A stretch of DNA of 63,999 bases, filler included, from Sphacelaria rigidula (lineage: Eukaryota): NCBI GenBank assembly GCA_964200075.2. It is 3 parts of 3 records of this genome, joined end to end, with 100 filler letters (N's around TTAATTAATTAA, not from the genome) between each part and the next. Parts side by side here need not be neighbours in the genome. Positions count along the whole stretch, not along the records: positions 1 to 21,318 come from CAXNAA020000437.1; 2 more parts are not named here. One strand, 5' to 3'. The translations under genes were made by a program, and so were the position numbers. The notes under the pieces were generated by a model. The model saw nothing but the letters and a program-made list of their open reading frames with translations. It had not been told where the DNA came from and made no database searches. Numbering within the stretch: position 1 is the first letter of the stretch; every line of letters starts with the position of its first letter. Shown here in pieces: positions 1 through 13,445 of the stretch.

Positions 1-234
1 CAAACAAAGAGGGTACCCAGGTTTGTCGCTAATGCACCATGGTATACCCTACTGTGATGTTTGCCCAAAAAGAAATCAAGGGGGGGGGGGGGCGTGATAT
101 AGTAGCGTCTTCACAACATACCTCATGCACATCGTGTCAAAATTTCATGGAAAAAGACCTGAAATTGAACCGAATGACCGCGATTCATTTTTTCGTGGCT
201 GGTGCATCTCTACATAGGAACCGGTCTTCGACAC

Positions 235-515
235 GAACACACGATTATGCAGCTCAATTTTGGGTCGCTTATCTATGAAATTTTAACACGATGTACAGGA
301 CGTATGTGCGAAGACCCCATCATCTCCCCTCCACATTTTTCTCCCTAAGTTATTGGCGACTTGAAATTTCAGAAGAGATTCTCGGAACTAAATCGTGAAT
401 GACTCACGAAAAAAAAAATGTAGGGGGGAGATGGGGTTTTCGCACATACGTCCTGTACATCATGCCAAAATTCCATAGAAAACGGCCCAAGATTGAGCTG
501 CATAATCGCGTGTTC
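235..515. mobile_element. Foldback/MITE-like long inverted repeat (~105-bp arms)
   Basis: 235-340 (gaacacacgattatgcagctcaat...gatgtacaggacgtatgtgcgaagaccccatc) is the reverse complement of ~410-515 (gatggggttttcgcacatacgtcctgtacatc...attgagctgcataatcgcgtgttc). Confidence 0.8.
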
Positions 516-1787
516 ACATTCCTGTCCGCGTCTTGGGCGGCTCGGCCTGTAGTATCGGGTGATCTCATTCCCTGTGATGTGACCAGATTATCTCCCTGAA
601 CATCAACACTTGGATTAGGTGAACGTGACTACAGGTGATCAGGCCGTCCAGATTGCTTTTTTCAGCCATCATGTCCGTGCACAAGAGTAGGCCTGAGGTG
701 ATTGCATCAGTAGGCAGGTGATCGAAATAAAAAGGAAGGGTAGATTTTGACGTGCTTCACATACGTACGATTGCTCCTATGCACGCGGATTGCGCATATG
801 CTCCAAAATGCACGTCAACCCTTGAAGCGCGCAACGATCTTTTGTTTTTTTCTAATCGGGGGTTTGGAATAACTGTTTTCGGCGGGGAGACAATGCCTCC
901 CTAGAAAACAACCGTGGCCACCCAAATACATGCCGCGCGCCACACTACGGTAAAGTTATTATTCGTGCTTACGCCAGGGCCACCAGCATTGCCGTCTCAC
1001 TATTCTAAACAGTACAGTACAGCACAGTATCTTGACTCCATAATGTCCTGTTTTCGAAGGGATGGTAAAGAACGTGACACTAATCTACTTGCCACACTAT
1101 CTGCCAGTTGGCCACGGGCGCTGAAGCAGTTGTTGGCGATGTGTGTTTATTGATATGATCGAAATACGCAATGGGGGAGACAATCACGCGTCACTGTATT
1201 ACGTTTTACTATAAACACCCATGCGTAGGCGAGTACTGGTGGCCTACCCCTAGCGCGAGGTACCTACAAAATGGACGTTACATCCACCTCTCTGCTCTGG
1301 AAATGCAGATGCAGTATGTGAAGAACAACCTCTCGGAACACCACGTCTGTAAGGGGTTGGGCACTACGGATCGCACGGTATCTCAATATCGGGGCTCGTG
1401 CTCGATAGCTGTCTAGCTATCGTATTGGGGTCTATGGACATCGAAAAGCAGCTGGCGATGCTATTCCGAAAGGCGACCTCCACCCCATCGGGTCGAAACT
1501 TGGGCGCGCGATCTATCGAACATGACCCAACCGATGTTTGAAAAATCAGCACGCTAACGCCCATGTAATGAGGGCGTGTCGGGAGGCTGTGTCCAGCACA
1601 GGGGAAACTCAAAAAAATCATACTCAAATATCGCAGTGCTCTCATGAAAATAGATCCGTCCCCTTTACCCGTGATCTATGTGGCGGCTGGAGCTTTCACA
1701 CACTGCGCTCTACTGCCGCTGGTACGGTGCCGCGGTAGAGCTGAAGATGCTCGAACTGAGACTTGGTTGAACGCTGAATACACGTAC

Positions 1788-1913
1788 CTTATTTTGTCCT
1801 CCTCCTTGCGCACCTTCGCCAGATGCTGCAGCTAGGGGACATCTGAACGAACCCACGAGAAGAAATATGCCCGAAGCTGCTATCACTAGTCGCTTCCTGA
1901 GATAAGCTCCCAT
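1788..1913 (-). CDS. Candidate first exon of a secreted/membrane protein
   Basis: MGAYLRKRLVIAASGIFLLVGSFRCPLAAASGEGAQGGGQNK has a basic-hydrophobic-AxA signal-peptide-like pattern and ends at a good donor AAG|GTACGT. Downstream exons were not resolved. Confidence 0.3.
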
Positions 1914-2748
1914 GTTGGCGCGCCAGGCATGGGATTCGCTCTGTCGTTCGAGGAGTGTTCGGCAAGACATGTTGCATTTCGCCAAATTACGCACCTCTCT
2001 GACCCGGCGTGGCCTTGGACCGGATGAGCCCACTTCGCAGTTGCAGCTTTGGCTGCACTGGTTTCCAGCTACTGCCGTTTGTCTGTACAAGGTGAGCGAA
2101 GCATGTATGTTTTAGATAGTTTACTGTTCCTTTCTGTGTTATAGTGATCCGTAGTGAAGACAACATGGCGCCCTGAAAGCTGTTTCATCTCTCCGCACAA
2201 CGGTGCACCCACAGCACCTTTCCGTTTCACCCGAGTTGGTCCGTTTGTCCGTATCCCCATACTTCAGAACTGCTGTACAACAGTACATGACCAGAGCTTA
2301 CGGCACGTTAAGTCCCACGTATGCACTCACTGCTGCTGTACTTCGACAGCTAAGCGTTCACCCTTGGAAAGCTTCATCATGATTTATTGACAGCATGCCC
2401 TGACCATATATCGTGGGGGTATCGAGGTCTTCGCCCAGTCAAGATACGGTAGGCTGCGTACCACACCGCAGCTGCTGTGGGTAGAGTACAACGAACGCAC
2501 CCCAGTTGTTGAGTTTTCGTGACTTCCAACCAGATTTTTTCACGGGAAGGAGGCCGGGACGGGACGCAACGTGACGGGAAATTGGAAAACGTTGACTCCG
2601 CGCCCCAGTGGTGTACGCGGTGCAACTCAAACCGGTCAGGTCGCAAAAACGGGGGTTCGATTCCAAAACATGCGGATTCAGGTTTATGTTTGAAGAAGTC
2701 CAAGTATACGATTTCCGTGGTCGTGAACGTGCGGACGTGACCATAATA

Positions 2749-4360
2749 CGAACTGAGCCGGCCTAGATACGAATTTGGGGTTTGCGGACCCCGTCTCGCC
2801 TCAATTTTGCAAGTTGTAATTTGAAATTCGGTACGGAGGAAGAATAGGGCGACTCTAATGGGAGCCGTTCACAATTCCTATTTAGAACTGCCTATTTGGC
2901 CCTTATCCGCCGTTTCATGCCTGAAAAGAGCGCTAGGCGGATGTTGACGCCGTGGAATGACTTTACTCAACTCATTGAGACTGTTCCAGGGCAACTTAAA
3001 GTTAGCATCTCCTGCTGGCTGCACTTTTTTTCTTTTTTTGCCAAACACGGACTTTCAACAAAAAACGATCAAGAGATGAAAAAACAGGGGAAATTTTGAA
3101 ATTTTGATCACCTGACCGTTTTTTACTGAAAATCCGTGTCTTACCTCGTTTGGCCACGAACAAAATTGCGGCCAGCGGGAAAAGCAGAGTTGCCCTGGAA
3201 CGGTCTCAACGAGTAGAGCAAGTCATACCGAGGTGTCTACATCCGACTAGCCCTCTTTTCGGGCGTAAATCGACGCAGAGGTGCCCAAGCGGCAGTTTTC
3301 AACAGGAATTTTGAACGGCTCCCATTATTAGAGTTGGCCTCGACAGCTGTCGATCGGGACGGATTTTTGTTTTTTATCGTGAGTTGATGGCAATAATCAG
3401 TACCTTCATATCAAGAAAATACCGTAAACTCACAAAAAACAAAATATTTCCGTCCCGATCGACAGCTTTTTAGCACGCCCTTTTCTCCCCCCGTTCCAAA
3501 TGTCAAGTCCAGCTCGCAAAATTGAGGGGCGACGGGGCGATTTAGAAACCGGGCGGGGCGAAACTCGGAAGAATATTTCTCAGGCCATTGATCGGCCAAG
3601 GTTTGGTATTTGTGTTTTGAATATTAGTTACTTTCTTCACTTGTTGGGGCGTTTTAGTGTAGTATAGACAACATTTTCACGAGAACGCCCGATCCTCTCT
3701 CAGAAAATAATAAAAGGCCTATTTATTTTCCTCGGCATGCCTTTGCGATTCTCCATAATAAGTATCAAATCTCAATTCTCAAAATTGAGCTGAAAAACTG
3801 AGATGAGGTCCAAGAACATTGTCCATTTTCCCTTAAAACTTCCCTAAAAAACGAAAGAAAAGAGAAGACAGAAAGGGAGAGACGTTTTGATTCATTATGC
3901 ACTAGCGATTCTCCACAAGAAATTTCAAAAGAAAAATATCAAAAACTGAGACGCTATATCTAGATTTACTGCATTTAGCGCCTTCGCTCGAAATATATTG
4001 ATTTCAGTGTAGGATATTATGTTCGCCATATATCGAGATAGGTAACGAATTGAGCGAAAGTGAAGTTATCGATCGTTTCTCCGTGCTCCAAGGAATACCG
4101 ACCCAAAATCGTCTTCATCCGCTGTATATATCGTTCGGGGTTTCATATAGACTTCAGTATGGACGCTACCTCCGTATGGTGTAGGAATTACTAGGCATGG
4201 GATTTAGTTAACGAGAAAAAAATGGCCCAGACTGTTGAGCACATGAGCACCTTCCTCTTGATCAGACGATTAATATGACATGCGGATCACGGCCAAACTC
4301 GTCTGTGTCGATGAGATATTGCTTTGAGAGCTTAAATCCGCGTCTGCGCGGCCCAGCTCG
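2749..4360. mobile_element. TA-flanked CGAGCTGGGCC-TIR MITE family, copy 1 (composite)
   Basis: Left end TA|cgaactgagccggcc, right end gcggcccagctcg|TA. The body at 3900-4360 is clearly homologous to 17230-17702 and 44750-45213. Confidence 0.6.
2852..3334. mobile_element. Foldback element with ~145-bp arms, nested in the previous MITE
   Basis: actctaatgggagccgttc...gactgttccagggcaact (2852-2998) pairs with agttgccctggaacggtc...gaacggctcccattattagagt (3188-3334). A related element lies at ~36290-36735. Confidence 0.75.
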
Positions 4361-4420
4361 TAGCAAAGTGTATAGCTGGTAATGACTGCGAAATATACCG
4401 GGAATCTCGAGTTTGAGATA

Positions 4421-5144
4421 TAGTGGGGGGCTCTCAGTAGTGCCGGTATGTGCCCACCACGGACACCGGCACTACTCAGGGATTCCGGCACTACTCTGGA
4501 AAGTGCCAAAACAGGTGCAATTGAGGGCTCTGAATACCTCAGTAGTGCCGGTTCTGGCACTACTGACGACCGTCCGTTCGTACAGTGCTACGCTTGCCCT
4601 TTGTGGGACCAATCAAAGGAAGCACAAAACGAACGAGGGCCTTTGTTTCAAGGGGTTTCAATAGGATACGCCACGTACGGTTTCGGGGTAGCAGAACTAA
4701 ACCCGATGTTTTTTTTGTTTTTCACATTCAACTTGATTGATCCTGTTCACAGGTTGATCATTTCCTTACGTACTGGGGAGAGGTGAACGAAGTAATAATT
4801 GATTTATGCCATATACACCACACATACCTTCCTCTACTCAGTACGACCAGGCACAGTTCACCTTCCGCACAAGGCATGTTGTGTCCCTACGTTGCAAGGT
4901 CTGCACCAGCAAGTACCCTGCTGTACCCCTACTGGTGCTTGGTTGGTAGGGGGTAAGGCGTGCGTGAGTGTGTCCGGAACCGGCACTGTTGAGGGTACCA
5001 AACCGTTCAAACCGGCACTACTGTGGGTCATCTGTCAGTAGTGCCAGGCGGCACTACTGCAAGCTCTGGCTGTGCCCGGAGATTTCACCGGCATTATATA
5101 GGTCGTTGGCACTATTCAACCGGCACTACTGAGAGCCCCCACTG
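4421..5144. mobile_element. Tc1/mariner-type MITE with TA TSD
   Basis: ~27-bp TIRs (t/c)agtggggg(g)ctctcagtagtgccggt / accggcactactgagagcccccactg, flanked by TA at 4419-20 and 5145-46. There are many internal ggcactact sub-repeats. Confidence 0.85.
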
Positions 5145-5169
5145 TACCTCTAATGAAATATATATATAT

Positions 5170-6220
5170 ATACTGTAATAAAATCGTCGCAGTGTGGAAA
5201 TGCTGATCTAACCCGCAATAGCAAAATGTAGGACGTGTTTCGGGGGGGAGATGGACAGGTCCCTCGAAACGATGGACTCGTCACGAGGAATGAGAGTAAT
5301 GGAAAGTGTTGAGAGAAGAAAAGAGTACCAGGTCGACACTGGACGAGAATTCCGCCGCTAAACAACTACGGGACGAAACCGGACGGGAAGCAGGGCGTCG
5401 GGTGTCGGGACGGGACGAGAATACTATCTCGTTTTACCCCGTCGGCGCACGTCCGAAGAGTCCGAGTCCGACAAGTGCCGACTTGCGATCTGCTTTCAAA
5501 ATGGCTCTCGGGGAGCTCTTCGTTCTCGTCTTCATCTTGACATACGACTCGCGTCACGCGCGATTCGTGTGGGTCCGGCATACTACGCATGATATTGACT
5601 GTCCCAACTTCACGTTGCCTAAATTTACGCCGTTCACTTTCAGCGCGATATAATAGCGGAAAATGCCTCGATGAAAAGTGACTACACAAGTATACGAGGG
5701 ACAACCAAGTATGGCATGAGGGCACGGTGAACTCATACTCAACAACACCGTTTGAAACGTCGAACAGATGAACAGATGAACCGTTCCGTTTGATTAGCCC
5801 TTTCCGATAGGTGAGTTTTTCACCGAAGTAGAACTCACCGTTTCCTCGCAGGTGCTGGACCTCACAGTCATCACAACCTTCAATTTTCCCCACCGCATCA
5901 GACTCGTCTCTCGTTGTCCCATGATGACTCGCACGACTCGAGTCATACTCATCTCTTGTTTTGCTGAGTGACTCGTCATGACTCGAGCCATACCCGTTCC
6001 TATTCCCCGGAGGTGGCTAGCAATGACTCGAGTTGTACTCTTCCCCTTATCTGAAACTACTCGTGGGACTCGGGTCAAGCTCGCCCTCATTTTCCGAAAT
6101 GAGCCGTAGGGCGCGAGCCATATCCGTCCGCATTTGCCGACAAAACTCGTAGGACTCAAGTCAGTACGAGTCGCAACGCATCGGACATTTGCAGGCTGTG
6201 ACGAGTCATTCGCATGAAAA
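5170..6220. repeat. Motif-rich non-coding repeat (GGACG / GACTCG / CGAGTC arrays)
   Basis: Dense recurrence of gggacg, gactcg and cgagtc words, typical of subterminal repeats of a non-autonomous DNA element. The ORFs here are low-information. Confidence 0.4.
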
Positions 6221-7623
6221 CAATGACCGGTGTTCACAATCAATAGCCGGCAACGACGCTTACATGGAGCCATGACAAGAGCAACCACCGACACAGTAGC
6301 ACCGAACGAAGTAGTGCGCCACAGCAGCCAACAAGTATTGTGGAAGACTATCGGAAGACGGAGCAACGAACCAGGCAAGCGCCCGATGTAGGAACAAAAC
6401 AGCACAATTGAACTTGGTTGGTCAAGTTCCTCCGATTTCGGTCGTGTAATCGTGCGAATGGCTGTTGCGGTTCATACAGCATCGAACTATCGACAGACAG
6501 AATATTCACTGCGGCGTTTCGTCCAGTCAAAGAGCGTCCCGATGATCAGTTCCGAATAACCTCTGTTTTCGGTTTGGCATAACCCAGCTTTACCTGTTCG
6601 CGCGGAAGCTGTTTTGATGGTGTTGGTCTGAGGAACGGCAGTGACACACACGTACCTGGGTATCGGTATCATGCGTTGCAGTACCGGAACGGATTTCGGC
6701 TACTGTAGCTTCCCCGAAAATGACGCGCTTCATGACTGCTCTGCTTCTCTAGCTTCAAGACATTTCCGTCTGTGACAGGTTAATCCTCCCCTTTCGCCAA
6801 ATCACTTCCTACTGCCACACCGCAGTTTGTACTACACACAGCGAAAATGACGCACTGTTTCCCCAGGAAAATGTACTGGACTTTTCGATATTACAAATCA
6901 TTCGTCACTGGAACAGCTTTGGGTGCAAAATACTATGGTTTATGACTTGTGTTTGTTTTGTTTCCCAGGGCGTTCTGAATGTGCTTCCAGGATGGATCAT
7001 CCGTTGACTATGCATTCTTATCATAAGAATGGCTGAAAGACCGAACTGAGACATCTCAGCGGTCAAAGGGTTTTGCCGACCTGGGAACATTGACACAGTA
7101 CTTCATTGCGAAGCACAAAGCGGCAGATGCAGATCAACGCCGAACTCGGGGCCCCAACTCCAGCAAAGCCCGACGAAAACTTCTAGGATGCCTTCAGTGG
7201 ATAGTTTCAGTTGTCACCAACCCCGTCACCCTTTCACTGTGAGTAAGCGCATCGGCGCATTACCCATGAACCCCCTGTTGGAGCAACTGACGTCGTCCTC
7301 ACTGTTGTTATCTGAAAGTGTCTGGTCTAGACGCCACAGAGGTCGACATCGCCAACAACTAAGGTGTAGGCGCTAGCAGCCTAGTGCATTGGCATGAACA
7401 CGATTGGGATTAAGGTTCGGAGATTTGCACTCACTGGTGATATGAAAAAATTAGCCAATCATATGTCTCCGTCGAATACTGGGGTACTAGCGTCCGCGTT
7501 TTGTTTTTGGCGACGAATGCAGGTAGCCACTTGATCTTCATATACACATGTGATGATCGTTCACTTGACCGGACCCCTGTCCCGTCCTGCCGCCTTCCGC
7601 CGGTCCCTCTTATCGACGCCTAG

Positions 7624-7963
7624 CGCACGCGACAAGGCAAAAAAAAACTCGCGTAAGCAGCACCATCACCGAAAAATGAACCTGCCGCCTAGTGCCCTGC
7701 TCGGGCGTCTCCAAGCCTTCCTGCCGGAGATGGAAAAGGCCAACAAGGCCACCGAACGGCTGCTCGCAGACGGTAAGCTCGACGTGATCGATGCAAACCT
7801 TCAGGTCGCCACGGGCCACCAACGAGGGGACGAAAGCGCAGAGGAAACCGACAACGAGGAAGTTGAGGGGGAGGCAGGCGAGGAAGACGCGGAGGAAGAG
7901 GAAGATGAGGACGGACCAGAGACGGGTGGTGCGGCGGGCGCAGATTCGCGAACTGTTGAACTG
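7624..7963 (+). CDS. NOPCHAP1: NOP protein chaperone 1 (C12orf45/DUF4598)-like, conserved exon
   Basis: LPPSALLGRLQAFLPEMEKANK matches the DUF4598 core (S.LL.R...FLP.M..AN) followed by an acidic tract. Donor CTG|GTGAGG at 7963/7964 is phase 0. The 5' start is uncertain (acceptor at 7623 or ATG at 7676). Confidence 0.75.
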
Positions 7964-10900
7964 GTGAGGGTCGGGATGGTTGTGCGTTTGCTCACAATTT
8001 GATGGTATCGTTAGCAGAAGCGTGGCGAAAGGAACTGTGAAATGTGTTGGAATTCGACCTCAACACGTGTTCACTTGCTGTCGGAAATATGGTGAAAGAA
8101 ACCGTGAAGAAGTTTGGACTCCAACCCCCAGTTGGGTCCCTTCCGGAGAAACGACAGCAACCCATGCCTCATAGGTCTCACCATTTCCGCCATGAAAAAT
8201 ATTCGTGGAGTAACGTGGAAGATAAGAACTTGTGCCAGCGCCTCACACGAACAGTTGTTCGATCTGGAGCGCACTGTAGCAGGTGCCACGCGATCAACGG
8301 GAACTGAAGGAGGCAAAAGACGAAAACAATAGAGGCAGCTTCGACTCCCGACCAAATCATTGTTCCTTTCGCGCTTCTTCGCTGCCGGAACCTGTATCGC
8401 ATGTGCACGAAACGAAACTAATGCCGCACAACGCCTCAGGGCTGACATGCTCATGTAGAGACGTGCTGCAGTGATCTCTGGGTAGATATTCGTGTGTTTC
8501 TACTGTATGTTGTGGGACGATGTGCACAAACATGTCGCGACACAGTGCATCGCTCGTAGACCGGACCGGCCGGCCGCCTCTCCCTGCTTTTTTCGGAGGA
8601 AACCTGAATCCCTTACTCTTACAACCACCACCGCTGCACAGCCTGCTTGCTTGTCGCTTGGTGCTTGTTGCGTGAGAAGGGATGTGCGGTGATCATGCCC
8701 GGTGTTCTGTGTGTGTCTCGGTTACTGTGCCACTATAACGATTTGAAATTTGCGACACAAAGGCATCGCCATATGCGGGTGTGTAGAGTTGACTCACGGT
8801 GACTCAAGATTTGACGTGATGAGGGGCTTGTTTACCTAAATCCCTCCTTTGTGCCAATTGTTGCTCAGCAACACTCGCGGCACGCCGCACATTGCTTGAT
8901 TGATTGCTTGTTGCTGCTGCTGCTGCACGCTTTGTGAATAACGTCCGCAGTATGCGCCGATGGATGACTGTTTCTCATATCCACAGTTATTTCGATGTCC
9001 ACGTCATACAAGTTCCCAGTGACCGTGATCACACTGTAGAGGGGAAAACATCACCCCGTGAGAAAGTGTTCGTCATCAAGCTTTCACTGTCAAAGCTCTC
9101 AGTTCCTGCGCCACACCCATTTTTTTTCTATAAACCCAAATTTAGTGGGGAAAGGAGAGGAGAGGAGAGGGGGGGTGTACTTCAACAACTGCAGACGATT
9201 TCAGACCTCTGGGTGCCTGACGACAAGGAGATTGTAGAAGTCAAGCGATACAAAAAAATCCCAGTATTGAATGAGGCTGCCAGGCGTAGCCACATCTCTG
9301 AAACTGAAGTTGGTTCACGTGTTGAGAGTACGTCCCTTGAATCGGAGCAAGGGGTGTGATACTGTTGCTTCTGAGAGGTTGGTACGAGTTGACTGCGAGT
9401 CAGGAAGATCGAACCGATATGGTGGTTCAAAGGGATCATCAAGATAGCTGATATTTGGAGATACCTGGCAGACCGCGCCGCACCTTGCGGGGGGGATGTA
9501 GGAAAAAAACGCTTCGCCTCTCCAGTTGTCCATGTACTGACTGGTCACTTCTGCAGCTAATGCAGCTGCTTGCAAGACTCTTCATAGTGCTTTCATGATA
9601 GCTTTCGGCCGATGTCTACAATTTTCGTATGAGGCAAAAAACAGGGGAATGGGTGGGTAGAGAATAACTGAGATATGCTAACCTTTCGAAGTAGACATAT
9701 GTCAACGATATTTCTTTAGCGACACAAGTTTTGGTGTCACTACTCTCGTGCCGTAGTCGTTGAGAGACTTCGGAGCTGGAAATATTATCATTCCTTCGAT
9801 CTGTTGATGAGTGATGGCCTCACCTCGATTGATCGGCTACGGATCCAGTCATGACTGAACGCGTACAACGAACATAGACGGAGAACATTTTATTACAGGG
9901 AATGTCGGTGCCTTCATCAGTATCTTCACCGTGACAACACTCGTCTGCGAGGTCACATTATGACCCAGGGCTTAGTGTGGAACCATTGCGAGGTACTGGC
10001 TGTGCGGAGCTTGGTTACACCATCAGGAAAGCGAAGCTACGCGTACGAGTAGTTGCCTAGTAGATGAGAGTCAGGTCTTGGCCGCTTTCCACCAGCGCTT
10101 GTTTTCCCGGCGCTAAGTTCGAAGTTCGATTGCGTATGTCGTGCCCATCAGGACGACGGGAATTTTATTCCAAAATAATCTCCGCTTGTGAATCGTCGCG
10201 GCGATACCCCCCTCCCCCCCTCCTCCTCAAAAATAAGCGCATTCGAATGCGACTTTCGGTTTCGGGAATGTGATTTATTGAAATCTTCTTAGGCGTCTCG
10301 GAAGTCATATTCCTCGCAGGCTATTGGGGAACGTGCAAAGTGCCGTGCAGCCACTACACTATTCCTCTGGCATCCCCAAGACACGCGCCGCATCACGTCA
10401 CCTGCGACAAGTATGTAGACCATCACTCCTCGTTGAGTAGGTATTGGTTGGCGTCATGTGGCTAACACGAGGTTATGAATCTGAGACAAGGCCCAACCAT
10501 GTGCATCGTCGACTGCGTCCAATAGATACACCTGCTAACGTTAGAAGAATGTCCAGCTGCCGCGTCTATTACTTTGACGTCGCTGATAGCTGTCGTTGCA
10601 CCGATCGCCCGATGGCGGAGCTTCGGACGGGGCCCTCTGTTTTGGCAGGACGAGTCGTAGTGTACAGAAGTGTACTGCTGGGTCCCAGAATGTCCAATTC
10701 GCTGATTATTCGGCCACGTATCTCTTCGGTGCATGAGTCATCGCGCTGAGTGATTTTTTTCGTATATGGGGTTTCAGGGTAAACACGAGGCTCTTCATCA
10801 TGAGAAAAAAAGCACACCCTGGATAATGACAGCATATTATATCGTCGAAACGTGTACTGCGTACAATATGGACTCTTGCGTATATTGAAATATACAATAG

Positions 10901-11505
10901 ATTCTATACTGTACGCAGTACATTTTTTCAACAGTGTAATCTTTTGTCCAGGATGTGGAAAAAATTCCATTTGCAAATTTGATTGTAAAAATGTGATTTT
11001 GCTGTCCCGATAAGATACGCTCGCACGGCACGAATGGTGAACCCAACAAAGCTCGTAACAAGTTCATACATACGAAGGGTCCATCTCCGTTGACGCCCGG
11101 GGGAACACTCGAAATTGCGAGGAGTCGGTCATGATTGTGTACTTATCGAGAGGGAGAACGCTCACCCGCTGAAGGTGTCAAAGTCAGGCCTGTTGGCTTG
11201 AATATATAGTCAACGCCGTTGGACTTCGCTGCTTAAAAAGGGTGCACCCCCTGCATTTGTTCATACTTCACTGGCCAATGTTCATGTGTAGCAAGGTGTG
11301 ACACCAGAGGAACAGTTCGTCTTTTGTTCAGTACCGCCTCATGATGTTTTTTGTTTTTCAGCATGGCAGTATTGCGAAAGATTTGCTTCCTGAGAATGAT
11401 CCTGTGCTAGCTCAATGTTCGGTCGTCAACATGCGTCAAGCTACGATCCGTCTGTAACTCCATGTTGGCTCACCCGCAACCTCCTGCTTGCTGTTTTGTT
11501 TGCAG

Positions 11506-11703
11506 GACTTTGCGCTCGGTGACTTCGATGATAATCCAATAGCCAAGCTAGAGGAAGAAAAGGAGACGGAGGAGGTTGCGGCAGCAAGCGAACACCAGCA
11601 AGATGCGGAACAGGTTGCTGATGCGGAGATGTTGCGGTTGCCAGGGAGTAGTTTTACCGGGTCCCGGAAGGAGAAGGGCAAGCCGTTGATAGAGGAGTTG
11701 TGA
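11506..11703 (+). CDS. NOPCHAP1: NOPCHAP1-like, last exon
   Basis: Acceptor ttgtttgcag|GAC is phase 0 and joins to give TVEL-DFALGDFD. The protein ends KPLIEEL*, the typical family C-terminus. Confidence 0.75.
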   Translation, partial: DFALGDFDDNPIAKLEEEKETEEVAAASEHQQDAEQVADAEMLRLPGSSFTGSRKEKGKPLIEEL

Positions 11704-13284
11704 GGGGTGTGCGTATGCCGTTGGGCTTGTATGAGATTTGGTCGGGTCGAGTTGTCATGCTGGGGGCGGGTTTGGGCCTTATCAGATGTCCGGGTGTGCG
11801 TGGTGACATATTATCATAATTTCCGTACATGAGCAAAATAGCTGTTTTTTATTGGTTGAAGAACTTGCATGGTTTTAGCGCGCGTGATACAGAGGCGCAA
11901 ACAATAATGATATTGCATGGGTTATGGGAGCTTTGCACCGATTTTGGCTGTCAAGCATTGTTAGAGGCACAGGGAACAGGAGAAGGAAAAATAAGTCGGA
12001 GAGAGCGGGGGGGAAGGGGAGACTGCATCATCACCAGAGACGAGACGAAGATGGAGGAGTCACGAGACGAGATTCGCGAAGGGTTGGTCGTAGCTCCCCC
12101 TTTCTCTCTCTCCCGCTTGTGGTGCGATAACTATTTTGTTATTGAAGTATTATCGTTCCTCGACACGTCCCCCTCCTTTCCTTTTTTCCTTTTCTCTTGT
12201 TTTGGTGTTACTTGTCTTTCCTTTTTTGTAGACTCGTACTTACCAGTGTTTTCGTGAGATCGAGAGTGAAAAGTGGTCAATTAGTGAATGAATCGTTTCA
12301 GTTCCGAAATGCCCCTCCACAAGGTCCAATATGCTTTCTGTAGCAGCTGGCGACTGAGTCTCTCGATATCACTCACAGCAGGATATCGACGTGTAGCTGC
12401 AAGCACACGGAAGAGATCGAGGCGAAGAAAAATTCACACGGAATTGAAAAATGGCGAAGTTGAAGCGAGTGAACAAGGCCATACTCAATCAGCGCTCTAC
12501 TCTCAATCTCACGAAATCCTATGGGCCTTGTCGCGTCGTCTTGCCATGCCTTGTCTTCCCTTGTTCGGTGTGCCGCATGCGTAATTTGGGATTTTCGATC
12601 TCCAACATCCCGGTCACGTTATGCGCATGCACTTTGCAACAGGCCCAAAGAAATGTTGGTACACGATGGTCGGTACTCGGTTTTACCCGATTTCAGAGAG
12701 TAATGACAAACAAATGTTTTGAGAAAGGTGAGCAGTAGACCCAGCTATCCAGAACGTGTTTTCGTCCATGATCGGCGCCTGGGCGTCAGGGTGAGATCTG
12801 GCAGCGCATACTGTACTTTACCTAGGAAACACCTTCTACCTCCCTTGTCCGAAGATTCTCGTACGCCTTGCGCTGGGGTTAGGGTCAACGGCATCTCCAC
12901 AGCATCAATCTTACGGGCATTTCTTTGGGTGCCTCAGCCCCCTGCACGATCGACACCTCCTCGTCCTCTTCCGTTACAAGGAGTGGGAAGGAGAACGGCA
13001 GGCCGACCCGCGATATACCTCAAACAGTGTCCGTCACGGAGTACTGCTGGCCTCAGCATTTACGCGAAGCACCCAACATGTATCCCAGAGTTACCGTATG
13101 TTAGAGGAAGGGGTCACGGCCTGGAAGAAGACACGGGGTGAGAGGGCCCTCTTTCTAATCTCCACACTCGGGCTATATGTCTTTCGTAGCACCGTCGAAA
13201 CGGAAACAGATTGTGGAGTCGTTTTCTCTCTCGAGTATGGTTGCCTGCTTCATCCTAAAAAACTTAGTGTAGGTATCTGTGAGT

Positions 13285-13445
13285 TGTTGTGTTGTCGTCC
13301 CATCTATTCTGGACGCCGGTGTACACCTTTCGGTAATCGTGGGCGCATCAACCGCGGTCACACAGAAGCTTCTTTCAAACTTGTTTTTGATACCCCTCGT
13401 TCCTTCTGCGGTGCTTGCCTTCACTTTTTATCGCGAGAGGGATTC
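13285..13445 (-). mobile_element. SINE family 3' portion (5'-truncated copy)
   Basis: Reverse complement of the ctctcgcgata...ggcaagcaccgcagaagga...ccgaaaggtgtacaccggcgtccagaatagatgggacgac tail seen at 38230-38410 and 57500-57680. Confidence 0.75.

Noticed and set aside
5366-6405. 175-aa and 203-aa minus-strand ORFs
   Set aside because: They overlap a motif-rich repeat, with no domain or splice support.
9150-9600. Possible retroelement coding remnant in the NOPCHAP1 intron
   Set aside because: Coding-like but interrupted, and I could identify no diagnostic motif.
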